In this document: positions 18,843 to 29,020 of the stretch, in pieces
Position numbering within the stretch: the first letter of the stretch is position 1
Layout: each line of letters starts with the position of its first letter
NCBI GenBank assembly: GCA_964541945.1
Contig: CAZISE010000016.1
Location: forward strand, 20,484 to 84,483
DNA from: an uncultured Verrucomicrobiota bacterium
GTDB lineage: Bacteria > Verrucomicrobiota > Verrucomicrobiia > Palsa-1439
Reading direction: 5' to 3'
Length of the DNA: 64,000 bases
Notes under the pieces: generated by a model
Databases searched by the model: none
Seen by the model: the letters and a program-made list of their open reading frames with translations, nothing else
Told to the model about the DNA's origin: nothing
Translations under genes and position numbers: made by a program

Positions 18843-19416
18843 TCTCCGGTTTCAGCACGCCGACACAGGGCAGGTTGCGATACCGCTCCTGGTAATCGAG
18901 TCCGTAACCGACCACGAACTTGTCGGGAATGTGGAACCCGACATAATCGGGATGGAACTCCGTGTCGCGGGCGACCTGCTTTTCCAGAAACACACAAAAC
19001 TTCAAACTGCGTGGGCGCAACGCCGCCAGCAGGTCCCGCACCCGCGCCAGACTCAGCCCGGTGTCGAGGATATCGTCCACCACCAGCACGTCGTGATCCT
19101 GCACGTCAAGCTGAAGCGCCTTGGTAATGTGAATGTCGCCGGAAGAACGGGTCTGACCGCGGTAGCTGGAGATGCCGAGAAAATCCAGACGCAACGGCCC
19201 CGGCAGGCGCCGCAACAGATCGGCCACGAACAGAACACTGCCCGTCAGCAACGGCACCAGAGTCAGTTCCTTGTCGGTGTAGTCGCTCTGAATCTCCGCC
19301 GCCAACTCGTCGAGCCGCTGCTGGATTTGCGATTCGACCAACAGAACCTCCTGAAGATCATTGCGGATGGAGTTCACGGCGTCTGACTTTACCCCAGACA
19401 ACGGTTCCGACGCCAC
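18802..19416 (-). CDS. hpt: hypoxanthine phosphoribosyltransferase
   Basis: PRPP-binding loop VLVVDDILDTGLSL, FVVGYGLDY..RYRNLP. Start uncertain: GTG 19416 chosen (AAGAG upstream) because the track start at 19527 would overlap the divergent gene by 67 nt. Confidence 0.8.
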   Translation of the reverse strand: MASEPLSGVKSDAVNSIRNDLQEVLLVESQIQQRLDELAAEIQSDYTDKELTLVPLLTGSVLFVADLLRRLPGPLRLDFLGISSYRGQTRSSGDIHITKALQLDVQDHDVLVVDDILDTGLSLARVRDLLAALRPRSLKFCVFLEKQVARDTEFHPDYVGFHIPDKFVVGYGLDYQERYRNLPCVGVLKPEIMATTFPDTRRAG

Positions 19417-19460
19417 CTGAAAACTCTTGAATCCGTTTGCCCGCCCGTTAGGCTGCCGCC

Positions 19461-20471
19461 ATGAAAGCCGCCCGACTCCACGGCCCCCGCGACATGCGCA
19501 TCGAAGACCTCTCTCGCCCGCGTGCACCGCGCGCCGGTGAGGTTCTCCTCCACGTCACCGCCACCGGCATCTGCGGCAGCGATCTGCACACGTACAACGA
19601 AGGACGCATTGGCGACACCGTGCTGAAGACGCCGTTCATCCTCGGCCACGAATTTGCCGGCGTAGTCGAGACGGACGGACGTGGGGTAAACCTGAAACCC
19701 GGACAGCGCGTGGCGGTGGACCCGGCCATACCCTGTGGCCGTTGCGACCGTTGCCGGGAAGGCAACCCGAACCTTTGTGCGCGTGTCAAATTTTGCGGGC
19801 TTTGGCCGTGCCACGGCAGCCTGCGCGAACAGATGCTCATGCCGGCACGAAACTGTTTTCCGTTGCCCGATTCGGTGGACGACGGCGAGGCGGTCATGCT
19901 GGAACCGCTCGGCGTCGCGCTCCATGCCACCGACCTGGCAAAGATTCACAACGGCGATCGTGTTGCGATTCTCGGTTGCGGCCCGATCGGTTTGTGTTTG
20001 CTCCAAACCGTCCGCCTGGCCGGCGCGGCGCGCGTGTTCGTGTCCGATCCACTCCCGTGGCGGCAGAAACTCGCCGAACAACTCGGAGGGACACCCCTGC
20101 GCGGCAGAGTCGAAGCCGATATTGTCATGGAAGCCGCCTGGGCGGGCGATGCCGCGCAACGAGCCATTGCGCTGGCGCGAGCGGGTGGACGTGTCGTGCT
20201 GGTCGGCATTCCCGACAACGACCGTTTGGAGCTGACCCACTCAACGGCGCGCCGCAAAGGGTTGACGCTGGTTTTCGTCCGGCGCATGAAACACACCTAT
20301 CCGCGCGCCATCCAGCTCGTGGCTGACGGGCGTGTGAATGTTCGCCGCCTCATTTCCCATCGTTTTCCGCTCTCGGCGGCGGCGGAAGCGTTCGCGCTGA
20401 ACGCGGCCTACCGCGACAACGTTCTGAAGGTCCTCATCACCGCCGCGGCGGGACATCGTTCTTGCCTTTGA
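19461..20471 (+). CDS. zinc-dependent alcohol/polyol dehydrogenase (MDR family)
   Basis: [14 protein letters not shown], the structural-zinc cluster C..C..C.......C ([15 protein letters not shown]), and the GCGPIGL Rossmann motif. Confidence 0.8.
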   Translation: MKAARLHGPRDMRIEDLSRPRAPRAGEVLLHVTATGICGSDLHTYNEGRIGDTVLKTPFILGHEFAGVVETDGRGVNLKPGQRVAVDPAIPCGRCDRCREGNPNLCARVKFCGLWPCHGSLREQMLMPARNCFPLPDSVDDGEAVMLEPLGVALHATDLAKIHNGDRVAILGCGPIGLCLLQTVRLAGAARVFVSDPLPWRQKLAEQLGGTPLRGRVEADIVMEAAWAGDAAQRAIALARAGGRVVLVGIPDNDRLELTHSTARRKGLTLVFVRRMKHTYPRAIQLVADGRVNVRRLISHRFPLSAAAEAFALNAAYRDNVLKVLITAAAGHRSCL

Positions 20472-20496
20472 GCTGCCGGGCGCGTAACAGTTGGTC

Positions 20497-21030
20497 ATGA
20501 ACGTTTCGCTGGTGATGACCGTCATCGGAACCGACCGTCCCGGTCTGGTTGGGCGCCTTTCCGCCGTGATTGCCGAACACGGTGGCAACTGGCTCGAAAG
20601 CCGCATGGCCCATCTCGGCGGCCAGTTCGCCGGTATCCTTCGCATCCAGGTGCCCGCCATACAAGAAGACGCCCTGATGAGCGCTCTTCAAACACTGGAC
20701 AGCCACGGTTTGTCCGTGCGCGTTCAACGCGACAGCGCCGCCGTCGTCGCGCCCGCGGCCCGACGACGACTGGCTGTGATCGAGTTGGTGGGACATGACC
20801 GGCCCGGTATTGTCCGCCAGATTTCACAAGTGCTGGCGCAACACCAGGTCAACGTCGAGGAACTGGTTACCCGTTGCGACAGCGCCCCGATGTCGGCGGA
20901 AATGCTCTTTCACGCCACCGCCACCGTCCAGCTTCCCGAATCCTTCCCACTGGCCCGCCTGCGGGCGGCGCTGGAACAAATCGCCGCCGATCTGATGGTG
21001 GACATCAGTGTGATGCCCGAACGGGTGTAG
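20497..21030 (+). CDS. two-ACT-domain protein (GcvR-like)
   Basis: Two copies of the ACT-type block (VIGTDRPGLVGRLSAVIAEHGGN; LVGHDRPGIVRQISQVLAQHQVN). ATG 20497 preferred over TTG 20491. Confidence 0.65.
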   Translation: MNVSLVMTVIGTDRPGLVGRLSAVIAEHGGNWLESRMAHLGGQFAGILRIQVPAIQEDALMSALQTLDSHGLSVRVQRDSAAVVAPAARRRLAVIELVGHDRPGIVRQISQVLAQHQVNVEELVTRCDSAPMSAEMLFHATATVQLPESFPLARLRAALEQIAADLMVDISVMPERV

Positions 21031-21095
21031 CCGGCACAACGGGATTGCGAGGCGTTCGCCGTGGTGTTAGGCTGCGTCCGCATGTGGAGGTTTGC

Positions 21096-21893
21096 ATGAA
21101 AACCCGGTGGTTGTTGTTGGTTGCCTGGATGACGGTCGCGGCGAGCGGCCCCAACGCCCCTCAAACAGCCGACGATGTCATCAAATTCTCATCCACAAAA
21201 ATGGCCGACTACAAGACCTGGTCGGCCGACATCCGTCAGAGCATCAACCTCATGGGCGTGCCGATGACGTTGCAGGGCAGGACCTGGTTCAAGATGCCGC
21301 GTTGGACCCGCACGGAGATGCAAATGCCACTGGTGGGCGCGCTGGGTAAAATGACGGTTGTCATGGGAGAAGACGGTTTGATGTGGCAGGAAATGGACAT
21401 GCTGGGCCGCAAACAGGTCGCCAAAATGGACATGAACAAACTGATGGCCGGTCTCGCCGGCGAAACCGACCCGAAACTGCAACTCCCCCAAAACCCCGAC
21501 CCGGCCCGCCAGTGGGAACAGAGCCGACAATTCATGAACTTCAAACTCCTGCCCGCCGTGACGTTGGAAAACCAACCCATGTGGGTGCTGGAAGGCACCT
21601 GGAAACCCGAAATCGCCACCAACCCGGTCATGGCCGCCCAAATCACTCAAATCGGCAAGATGCGCCTCTACATCGGACAACAGGACGGATTCACCCACCG
21701 CGTCGAGCAATTCGAACCGGCCAAAGACAAACCCGCCGTCACCATGGAGTTCACCAAATTGAAGTTCAACGAGAAACTCGACGACGCCATGTTCCAATAC
21801 AAACCGCCCAACGGCACCCAGGTCATTGACATCACCGAAATCTCCCGCCAGATGCTCCAACAAGGCAGCCCCTCCTCCTCACCCAAACCGTGA
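21096..21893 (+). CDS. secreted hypothetical protein (possibly LolA-fold / outer-membrane lipoprotein-sorting-like)
   Basis: Start reset to ATG 21096 (GGAGG upstream). Signal peptide MKTRWLLLVAWMTVAASG. The fold assignment is a weak impression only. Confidence 0.45.
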   Translation: MKTRWLLLVAWMTVAASGPNAPQTADDVIKFSSTKMADYKTWSADIRQSINLMGVPMTLQGRTWFKMPRWTRTEMQMPLVGALGKMTVVMGEDGLMWQEMDMLGRKQVAKMDMNKLMAGLAGETDPKLQLPQNPDPARQWEQSRQFMNFKLLPAVTLENQPMWVLEGTWKPEIATNPVMAAQITQIGKMRLYIGQQDGFTHRVEQFEPAKDKPAVTMEFTKLKFNEKLDDAMFQYKPPNGTQVIDITEISRQMLQQGSPSSSPKP

Positions 21894-22831
21894 GCCACCT
21901 GCGTCAGGACCCCATCCACCAGTGGCCCGTGTCAGAAGCGGGATTGACAAGACGTGTCGTCCGATGCCTCCAAAACGCCGGTCTCACCACCATCGGCCAG
22001 GTACGCGCCCTCGACGCCTCCCAGCGACGTCGAATTCCCCGATTCGGTCCCGCCGCCGCCCGCCATATCCGGTGGTTCTTCGACTGGACGGAACGCCTCG
22101 AAACCGACCGGTTGCTCCCCGCCGACCTGCGAGCCTGGCTGGACGCCTTCCTCACACCCGCCGAACGCGTCGTTGTCGAACAACGATACGGCCTGGACGA
22201 CATGTTGTTTCGGCCCCAGACGAAACGGCGAACCTTCCGAGAGATTGCCACCACCACCGGCGGCGGTTCCCCGGCGCGCGTCCGCCAGCTTTTCCAACGC
22301 GCCATTCACAAACTCCAATCCCGCCTGGCCCGCGCCGCCGCCCATCTTCCCCTCACGGCCTGCCAACAACAAATCGTCGCCGCGGGCAGCGTCGTCACTT
22401 CCGCCGAACTCGCCGGCTGGCGCGGCGCGCCGTGGCTGGCAGACTACCAACCGTGGGGCGCCCTGCTGCTGTGGAGCGAAACCACCGGTGAAATCACCCG
22501 ACGCCACGATTACTTCTCCACATTGCCCGCCGCGGAATTGGAACGGATCGAGCAGCGACTTTTCGAGGCCGTGGCACGAGCAAAAGAACCGGTCTCGGTG
22601 GAAAACATTGCGGGAGAAATCGCGCCGCGACTCGCACGGGTTCTCCTCGACCGCCATCCGCAGGTGGACGCGACTCGCGACGGACGTTTTTTTCTGTTTC
22701 CCGACGGCGCGCGCCCATTGTTGAACGGCCTCTGCGGTGAAGGCGACGAACTGGCAGCCCGCTACAACGCGCTTGTGGCCCCACACAGCCGCCGCGAACC
22801 GTCCGAACTCGCGCGCCTCCGCAAGCCGTGA
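21890..22831 (+). CDS. putative DNA-binding protein: RpoA-CTD-like helix-hairpin-helix plus sigma-70 region-4-like HTH
   Basis: GLTRRVVRCLQNAGLTTIGQV resembles the RNAP alpha CTD. ERVVVEQRYGLDD...RTFREIA...G.SPARVRQLFQRAIHKLQSRL resembles sigma region 4. GTGA overlap with the upstream gene (21890-21893). Confidence 0.5.
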   Translation: MSHLRQDPIHQWPVSEAGLTRRVVRCLQNAGLTTIGQVRALDASQRRRIPRFGPAAARHIRWFFDWTERLETDRLLPADLRAWLDAFLTPAERVVVEQRYGLDDMLFRPQTKRRTFREIATTTGGGSPARVRQLFQRAIHKLQSRLARAAAHLPLTACQQQIVAAGSVVTSAELAGWRGAPWLADYQPWGALLLWSETTGEITRRHDYFSTLPAAELERIEQRLFEAVARAKEPVSVENIAGEIAPRLARVLLDRHPQVDATRDGRFFLFPDGARPLLNGLCGEGDELAARYNALVAPHSRREPSELARLRKP

Positions 22832-23019
22832 TGGCCTTCTGGCCTCATCCGCGAGATGAACGAGCGGGCAATCGCTTCTTCGGCGTACCGCTGCGGTGAT
22901 CATTGACGGATGAGTATGCCTGTTTGCGACGGGATAATGCCATTCCAAGATTCCGGCAAAACCACGGTTTGCTCGCCCGCCTCGACAAGTCGCCGGTGTT
23001 TGGGCATATTGACGGCGTT

Positions 23020-23946
23020 ATGGCAAAGAAACTGGCAGAGATCGTGGACAGCCTGGTCGCCTCATTCCGCGAACACGGCGGCATCAATCACCTCGACGGT
23101 TCCAACCTCCCGTCGCGCGACGCGGTGGTCGGCATTACCAAAGACCTCCTGCGGCTGGTTTTTCCCGGCTTTTACGACGCCGAACCGGTCCATTCCGCCC
23201 AGATTGCTGCTTACACCGCTGAATTGACCGCTTCCATCGCCCGACGCCTGGAAACGGAAATCCACAAAAGCCTCGAATACCGCCCCTGTCCACAGTGCGA
23301 CATCACGGACCTCGGCGCAACGGCGGCGCGTGTAACCCACGAGTTTCTTGCCGAGCTGCCTGAAGTGCGGGCGTTGTTGCAGACCGACGTGGTGGCCGCC
23401 TACGAAGGCGACCCGGCAGCGATTAGTACCGAGGAAGTGATCGTCGCCTATCCCGGTATCGAGACGATTGCCGTTCAACGCATGGCCCATCGCCTGTACC
23501 GACGACACATTGCGCTCATCCCGCGGATCATGACCGAGTGGGCGCACAACAAGACCGGCATAGACATTCATCCTGGCGCCGAGATCGGGCCGAGTTTCTT
23601 CATTGACCACGGCACGGGGGTTGTCATCGGCGAGACCACGGTTATCGGGCGCAACGTCAAAATCTACCAGGGCGTCACCCTCGGCGCGAAGAGCTTTCCC
23701 AAAGATGCTCAGGGCCGATGCGTCAAAGGCATCAAACGCCATCCCAACATCGAGGACAACGTCACCATCTACGCGGGCGCCACCATTTTGGGTGACATCA
23801 CCATCGGCCATGATTCCATCATTGGCGGCAACGTCTGGCTCATCCAGGCGGTCCCGCCCAACACCGTCGTCTATCAGGAGGGTGGCCAAACCAAAATGAA
23901 GACCACGGCCCGCGAACGCGACAAAATGGTCGGCCACGCCGAATAA
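23020..23946 (+). CDS. serine O-acetyltransferase-like hexapeptide acyltransferase
   Basis: YPG..TIAVQR.AH.L......IPR...E.AH..TGIDIHPGA.IG..FFIDHGTGVVIGET..IG.NV.IYQGVTLG is the CysE core. Start reset to ATG 23020. Confidence 0.8.
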   Translation: MAKKLAEIVDSLVASFREHGGINHLDGSNLPSRDAVVGITKDLLRLVFPGFYDAEPVHSAQIAAYTAELTASIARRLETEIHKSLEYRPCPQCDITDLGATAARVTHEFLAELPEVRALLQTDVVAAYEGDPAAISTEEVIVAYPGIETIAVQRMAHRLYRRHIALIPRIMTEWAHNKTGIDIHPGAEIGPSFFIDHGTGVVIGETTVIGRNVKIYQGVTLGAKSFPKDAQGRCVKGIKRHPNIEDNVTIYAGATILGDITIGHDSIIGGNVWLIQAVPPNTVVYQEGGQTKMKTTARERDKMVGHAE

Positions 23947-24134
23947 CCAGAACAAACGAGTACGAACAAACAATCTCCGCGGTTACCCGTGACGATTCGT
24001 CTCGTTATACTTGCCGTGTTGAAGGGGAGAGTCTGTAATGGGTCAACAACCGGCTAATTATCAAAATCTTCATCGGCAGCGGAACAGGCGCAGTGATGGC
24101 GCAGAAGCCGGGGCGGCACTGAAGCGGCCGCGTC

Positions 24135-24842
24135 TCAATCAAAGAAGCGATAGCGGAAGATGAACCAGAGGGCGGCAAGGCCGTCTTTCCAATTGATTTT
24201 TTTGCCTTCGGTGTAATCGCGGCCGGAGTAGCTAATGGGCGTTTCGTAAAAGCGGTAGCGGCGTCGGGCCAGTTTGGCGGTCAGTTCCGGTTCGATACCG
24301 AAACGTTCCGCGGTCAGGGTCAGCCCCTCCAAGCAGGAACGTTTGAAGACCTTGTAACCGGTCTCCATGTCGGTAAGGTTGAGATTGCAGACCATGTTGG
24401 ACAACAAAGTGAGGAACCGGTTGGCAACGTAGTGCCAGAACAACAACACGCGATGCGGTCCGCCGAGGAACCGCGAGCCGTACACCACGTCCGCTCGCCC
24501 GTCCAGAAGCGGTTTCAACAACAGCGGGTAATCGGATGGGTCGTATTCGAGGTCGGCATCTTGAATCAGCAGAATGTCGCCGGTGGCGTGCTCGATGGCG
24601 GTACGGACGGCGGCGCCCTTGCCGCGGTTGAACGAGTGGGAGAAGACCTTCAGATCGCCGTCGCGGGAGAGTTTTTGCAAAATCTCGCTGGTGCCGTCGG
24701 TGGAAGCGTCGTCCACGAGGATCAATTCTTTTTCGAGGCCGCCGGTATCGGCGGCGCGGACGCGGCGGATGATTTCCTCGACGGTACGCGCTTCGTTGAA
24801 GACCGGGATCAGGATGGAGATTTTGCGAAAATCGGAAGTCAT
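24135..24842 (-). CDS. family 2 glycosyltransferase (polyprenol-phosphate sugar synthase-like)
   Basis: ISILIPVFNE, LILVDDASTDGT, NRGKGAA, LIQDADLEYDP. Start reset to ATG 24842; the track ORF is a 166-aa upstream over-extension. Confidence 0.85.
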   Translation of the reverse strand: MTSDFRKISILIPVFNEARTVEEIIRRVRAADTGGLEKELILVDDASTDGTSEILQKLSRDGDLKVFSHSFNRGKGAAVRTAIEHATGDILLIQDADLEYDPSDYPLLLKPLLDGRADVVYGSRFLGGPHRVLLFWHYVANRFLTLLSNMVCNLNLTDMETGYKVFKRSCLEGLTLTAERFGIEPELTAKLARRRYRFYETPISYSGRDYTEGKKINWKDGLAALWFIFRYRFFD

Positions 24843-25420
24843 GCGCGGCGAGTATAGGGGGTGGAGGAAAATTTTTCCAGTGGCAATGACACGTGAAAAT
24901 AGCTGCTTTTGGGTGGTTGTTCGGCTTTCGCCGCTTGTTTTCGTTTCTTCCCAATCGCTCGTCCGTTGGTTTCGTACCACCCCGGCAGATGTGGCCCATA
25001 GTGCACGCGCCAGCCAACGTCCGTCCCAATGTTCGCAGACTTTGACGCGGCTTTTGGCAAAACTCCACCGCGCGCTCTGCGGCGCAATCGGTAGCCACAC
25101 GCGCCGCCATCGTGTGTTCGTGTTGGATACAGAAAAACGGCGTCCCGATCCAGATGCGCCGCACGGACAAAGGCGTCGCCCGGCTGCGTCGGTGTTTCGG
25201 CCCAGTGCCGCCGATGCCACGGCAAAAACACGTCGCCGATGTAGCGGGGTTGGCTGTCGTCCACGTAGAGCATCCTCCCGCGCAACGGATCGGTGAAATG
25301 CGTAACGTTGAAGCCCTGGTGTGGTTCGCAGTAAAGCCACAAGACTTGTTCTGCGCTGGCCAGCAGCAACTTCTTGAGGCTCACATCCTCAACCTGCCCA
25401 GTGGACGTTTCACCTGTCAT
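24839..25420 (-). CDS. hypothetical protein, translationally coupled to the GT2 gene
   Basis: 193-aa ORF with an ATG start. Its TGA overlaps the GT2 ATG (ATGA at 24839-24842). No family recognised. Confidence 0.5.
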   Translation of the reverse strand: MTGETSTGQVEDVSLKKLLLASAEQVLWLYCEPHQGFNVTHFTDPLRGRMLYVDDSQPRYIGDVFLPWHRRHWAETPTQPGDAFVRAAHLDRDAVFLYPTRTHDGGACGYRLRRRARGGVLPKAASKSANIGTDVGWRVHYGPHLPGWYETNGRAIGKKRKQAAKAEQPPKSSYFHVSLPLEKFSSTPYTRRA

Positions 25421-25475
25421 TTCCAGCGGTCATATCACTTGTTATCAACACATCCGAAAAGGGATATTGCCAATC

Positions 25476-25503
25476 CGTCACGGGTTCGTTACACCTTTGT
25501 GAC
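25476..25503 (+). promoter_or_regulatory. candidate Pho-box-like hexamer array upstream of the DUF47-PiT genes (weak)
   Basis: CGTCAC (25476), CGTTAC (25487) and TGTGAC (25498) are phased at exactly 11 bp. The array abuts the RBS (25504-25510), which is atypically close to the start codon. Confidence 0.3.
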
Positions 25504-25516
25504 AAGGAGAAGCGTT

Positions 25517-26143
25517 ATGCTGAGAGCCTTGATTCCACAAGAGTTCGATTTTTTTACTTGTTTCGAGAGGGTAGCCGAGAAGGCGGTGGGGGCGGCGAAG
25601 TTGTTGCAGAAGATGACCGAAAACTACGGCGACGCCGATCCGTTGGCGCGAGAGATTGAATCGGTGGAGCACTGTTGTGATGACATCACTCACGAGGCGC
25701 TGGATCGGCTGAACAAGGTGTTTATCACGCCGCTGGACCGCGAGGACATTCACACGATCATCATTCGCATGGACGATGTGGTGGACCTGATTCATGCCTC
25801 ATCGAGTCGGATGGCGTTTCTGGCCATTGAGAAGCCGACGACTCACTCGGTCAACATGGCCAAACAAATCGTTCGCGGCTGTGAGAAGATGGCCGAGGCG
25901 GTTCACGGGTTGCGCTCGACCAAGAACTACAACCAGGTCACTCAGGATTGTATTGCCATCCACGAGGTGGAAAATGCCGCCGACGATATTTTGCACTATG
26001 CGCTGGCGGAACTGTTTACGACGGTCAAGGACCCCATCACCGTGATCAAGTGGAAAGACATTTACGAGAGCATGGAGAATGTAACCGACCGCTTGGAGGC
26101 GGTGGCCAACGCCCTGCATGGAGTCATCGTCAAGATGAGCTGA
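25517..26143 (+). CDS. DUF47 / PhoU-divergent family protein (Pit accessory protein)
   Basis: AAGGAGA RBS, ATG 25517. Blocks E...D.I.HE....L...FITP.DREDI and VKWKDIYE..E...D match the DUF47 family, which is usually paired with PiT. Confidence 0.85.
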   Translation: MLRALIPQEFDFFTCFERVAEKAVGAAKLLQKMTENYGDADPLAREIESVEHCCDDITHEALDRLNKVFITPLDREDIHTIIIRMDDVVDLIHASSSRMAFLAIEKPTTHSVNMAKQIVRGCEKMAEAVHGLRSTKNYNQVTQDCIAIHEVENAADDILHYALAELFTTVKDPITVIKWKDIYESMENVTDRLEAVANALHGVIVKMS

Positions 26144-26144
26144 C

Positions 26145-27194
26145 ATGGACGCTTTTCTTCGCGACATCGGTAGCATCGTTCACCACCCGTATGTGGCCCT
26201 GATTTTTTTTGCCGCGCTGGCGTTTGATTTCATCAACGGGTTTCATGACGCGGCCAACTCCATCGCCACCATTGTTGGCACGCGGGTGCTACGGCCATTC
26301 CCTGCGGTTTGTTGGGCGGCATGGTGGAACTTCGCTGCAGCGTGGTTTTTTGGCGTCCACGTCGCCAATGCGGTGGCCAAATGGGTTCATGTAGAGTACG
26401 TGACCATTGACGTGATTTTGGCCGGATTGATCGGCGCGATTGTCTGGAACCTGATCACCTGGCGCGGTGGATTGCCGTCCAGTTCTTCCCACGCATTGCT
26501 GGGCGGATTTGGCGGGGCAGCCATTGCTCATGCCGGCCAAGCGCACGGGGTGTTGTACACAGCAAAGGTGGTGGCCACCGTGGAGTGGATTGTTCTGGCT
26601 CCGATGCTCGGCATGGTATTGGGATTGTTGTTTATCACCATCGTAATGTGGGCATTTCGCAAGACATCCATGATCAAGGTGGATCGTTGGTTCCGCGTGG
26701 CTCAGCTTGGCAGTGCGGCGGCCTATTCCCTTGGCCACGGCACCAATGACGCGCAAAAAACCATGGGCATTATTGCGGCGCTTTTGTATGCAACCATCTG
26801 GAGCAAGGACCAGGAAGCTTTTGCCAGTGGCAAGGTGGAGTTTCCATTCTGGATTGTGCTGGTCTGCCATGCAGCCATTGGATTGGGCACGATGGCGGGC
26901 GGGTGGCGTATCGTCAAAACCATGGGTATGCGCATCACCAAGCTGCGCCCCTATGATGGCGCTTGCGCGGAAGTGGCCGCGGCCACTTCGTTGTTCACCT
27001 CGGCGTCTCTCGGTATCCCGGTCAGTACCACCCACACCATTACCGGAGCCATTGTGGGGGTTGGCTCGGTGTATCGGCTCTCTGCAGTCCGCTGGGGTGT
27101 GGCGCGGCAAGTGGTGTGGGCATGGATTTTGACGATTCCCTGCTCGGCTCTCGTGGCGGCCATTTCTTACTATGTTATTCTGTTCTTTCGGTAG
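26145..27194 (+). CDS. pitA: inorganic phosphate transporter, PiT family
   Basis: FINGFHDAANSIAT near the N-terminus and the repeated GTNDAQKTMGII block. Multi-pass membrane protein. Confidence 0.9.
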   Translation: MDAFLRDIGSIVHHPYVALIFFAALAFDFINGFHDAANSIATIVGTRVLRPFPAVCWAAWWNFAAAWFFGVHVANAVAKWVHVEYVTIDVILAGLIGAIVWNLITWRGGLPSSSSHALLGGFGGAAIAHAGQAHGVLYTAKVVATVEWIVLAPMLGMVLGLLFITIVMWAFRKTSMIKVDRWFRVAQLGSAAAYSLGHGTNDAQKTMGIIAALLYATIWSKDQEAFASGKVEFPFWIVLVCHAAIGLGTMAGGWRIVKTMGMRITKLRPYDGACAEVAAATSLFTSASLGIPVSTTHTITGAIVGVGSVYRLSAVRWGVARQVVWAWILTIPCSALVAAISYYVILFFR

Positions 27195-28980
27195 CCAACG
27201 GCACTGTAAAATAAAAACGGCTTCCTTCGCCTACCCGGCTTTCGGCCCAGACGCGGCCGCCGTGCGTCTGGACGATGTGTTTGACGATGGATAATCCAAG
27301 ACCCGTTCCTCCCAGTTCCCGGCTTCGCGCTTTGTCCACACGGTAAAACCGCTCGAAGATGCGCGGCAGATGTTCCGCGGCGATGCCGGGGCCGTTGTCG
27401 GCCACGCAACACTCGATCTCGTTGCCATTTTGTCGGGCACAGATGGTAATGCGACCACCGGTTGGGGTGTACTTGATGGCGTTGTCAAGAAGGTTGACGA
27501 ACACCTGGTGCAATCGCCGCCGGTCGCCCCGAACCATCGGCAGGGCGTCCGGAAATTCCAGCGTAATGTCCATGGATTTCTCACGGGCCTGTTTGGCTAG
27601 TTCCTCCGCCACCGACCGGGCCACGTCGCACAGGGAGAGCGTTTCCAGTTCCAACCGGGCTTGTTGCGATTCCAGCGCGGAAATGTTGAGGAGGTCTTCG
27701 ATGAGGTTTTCCAGGCGCTGCGAGTGTTTTCGGATGATTTCCAGAAACTGTCGGGTAAGCGACGGATCGGGTGGCGGCTCTTCAAGCAATGTTTCCACAT
27801 AGCCCTTGATGATGGATAGCGGCGTGCGCAATTCGTGGCTGACGTTGGCGACGAATTCCTTGCGAACATTTTCCAGTTGTTTCAGGCGGGTAATGTCGTG
27901 AAACACCATCACCACGCCCGCGTGGTTGGGGAGCGACGCGGCATTGACGGCAAACACCCGTTCCGACGGGGTCAGAAACGCCAGCTCGCACGCGGTCGGC
28001 GTGGTCACCAGTTTTTCCAGTTCCACATTGCGAAAAACCTCCAAAACCGTCTTGCCGATCGTTTCGTCACCAAGCTGAAACTGCTGGCGCAACGCCCGAT
28101 TGATCAACCGAATCCGTCCCTGATCATCCGCCACCAGTACCCCCTCGGTCATCCCCGCCAGAACGGCCGAGAGTTCCGCCTTTTCCTTGTCCAACTCCCG
28201 CAACCGGGCGGCAAGCTGGGAGGCCATCTCATTCAATGCGCCCGCCAGTTCGCCCAACTCACCGCCGATGTCTCGCGGAGCCGTGCGACTGAAATCACCG
28301 CCCGCCACCCGCACGGCCATCTGCCGCATCGTTTCAATCGGACGACTCCATCGCCGCGCCAACAGAAACAGCATCGGCACCGATAAACACCATACCATCA
28401 GCCCGGCCACAGCCACGATCCAGAAAACCCGTTGCGCGATGGCCTCGACCGTTTGCAGCGACAACGCCACACGCACCACGCCCACGATGCGGTCGTCGCC
28501 CCCCAAGACTGGCTGTGCCACATACAACAACGCCTGACCGGTCGTGCTGCTGCGACGTTGATCCGCGCCAACTCCTTTTGTCAGCGCCCCCACAACCTCC
28601 GGTCGGTAACGATGATTCTCGATGGACACCAACAGTTCCGGCGGCTTGTCCGATTCGCCCACCACCGTGCCGTCCGCCGTCATGATGGTCACGCGCAATC
28701 CCGTCTCCTTTCCCAACGTTTGCGCCATCTGGTTGATCTCCTGAACCGGCACGGGGGAAGTCACCAACAACGGCGCCGCAAAATGTCGCACCACCCGACC
28801 ATTGCGCTCCAAATCCTTTTGCAGGGTGCCGACAATATAGGGACGGAGAAAATGCTCGCTGCCCAGAATGACCACGCCCAACAACGCCGCCAACAACCCG
28901 GTCAGACCGAAAAACCAGCGCCATTGCAATGAAAACCGAAACGCCATCAACGCGAAGGATAACCGACACCCCGCCGACAC
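27175..28980 (-). CDS. phoR: phosphate-regulon sensor histidine kinase (PhoR-like: TM-HAMP-PAS-HisKA-HATPase)
   Basis: FVANVSHELRTPL H-box, N-box NLLDNAIKYT, G-boxes DNGPGI / GGTGLGLSIV, and an upstream HAMP-like segment. GTG 28980 is preceded by GGAAGG. Its 3' end overlaps pitA by 20 nt (convergent). Confidence 0.85.
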   Translation of the reverse strand: MSAGCRLSFALMAFRFSLQWRWFFGLTGLLAALLGVVILGSEHFLRPYIVGTLQKDLERNGRVVRHFAAPLLVTSPVPVQEINQMAQTLGKETGLRVTIMTADGTVVGESDKPPELLVSIENHRYRPEVVGALTKGVGADQRRSSTTGQALLYVAQPVLGGDDRIVGVVRVALSLQTVEAIAQRVFWIVAVAGLMVWCLSVPMLFLLARRWSRPIETMRQMAVRVAGGDFSRTAPRDIGGELGELAGALNEMASQLAARLRELDKEKAELSAVLAGMTEGVLVADDQGRIRLINRALRQQFQLGDETIGKTVLEVFRNVELEKLVTTPTACELAFLTPSERVFAVNAASLPNHAGVVMVFHDITRLKQLENVRKEFVANVSHELRTPLSIIKGYVETLLEEPPPDPSLTRQFLEIIRKHSQRLENLIEDLLNISALESQQARLELETLSLCDVARSVAEELAKQAREKSMDITLEFPDALPMVRGDRRRLHQVFVNLLDNAIKYTPTGGRITICARQNGNEIECCVADNGPGIAAEHLPRIFERFYRVDKARSRELGGTGLGLSIVKHIVQTHGGRVWAESRVGEGSRFYFTVPLATERTE

Positions 28981-29020
28981 GCAACGCCTTCCATGTTACA
29001 AAACCGTGACAACACCGATC

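Noticed and set aside
24843-25340. The 401-aa version of the GT2 ORF, and similar N-terminal over-extensions (era to 3879, REC to 48924, helicase from 59521, pstA to 31781, pstC to 32545, second pstB-like to 30729, long pstA to 38880).
   Set aside because: The conserved domain begins at an internal ATG that has an RBS and/or makes an ATGA overlap with the upstream gene. The extensions overlap better-supported neighbouring genes and look like non-coding translation.
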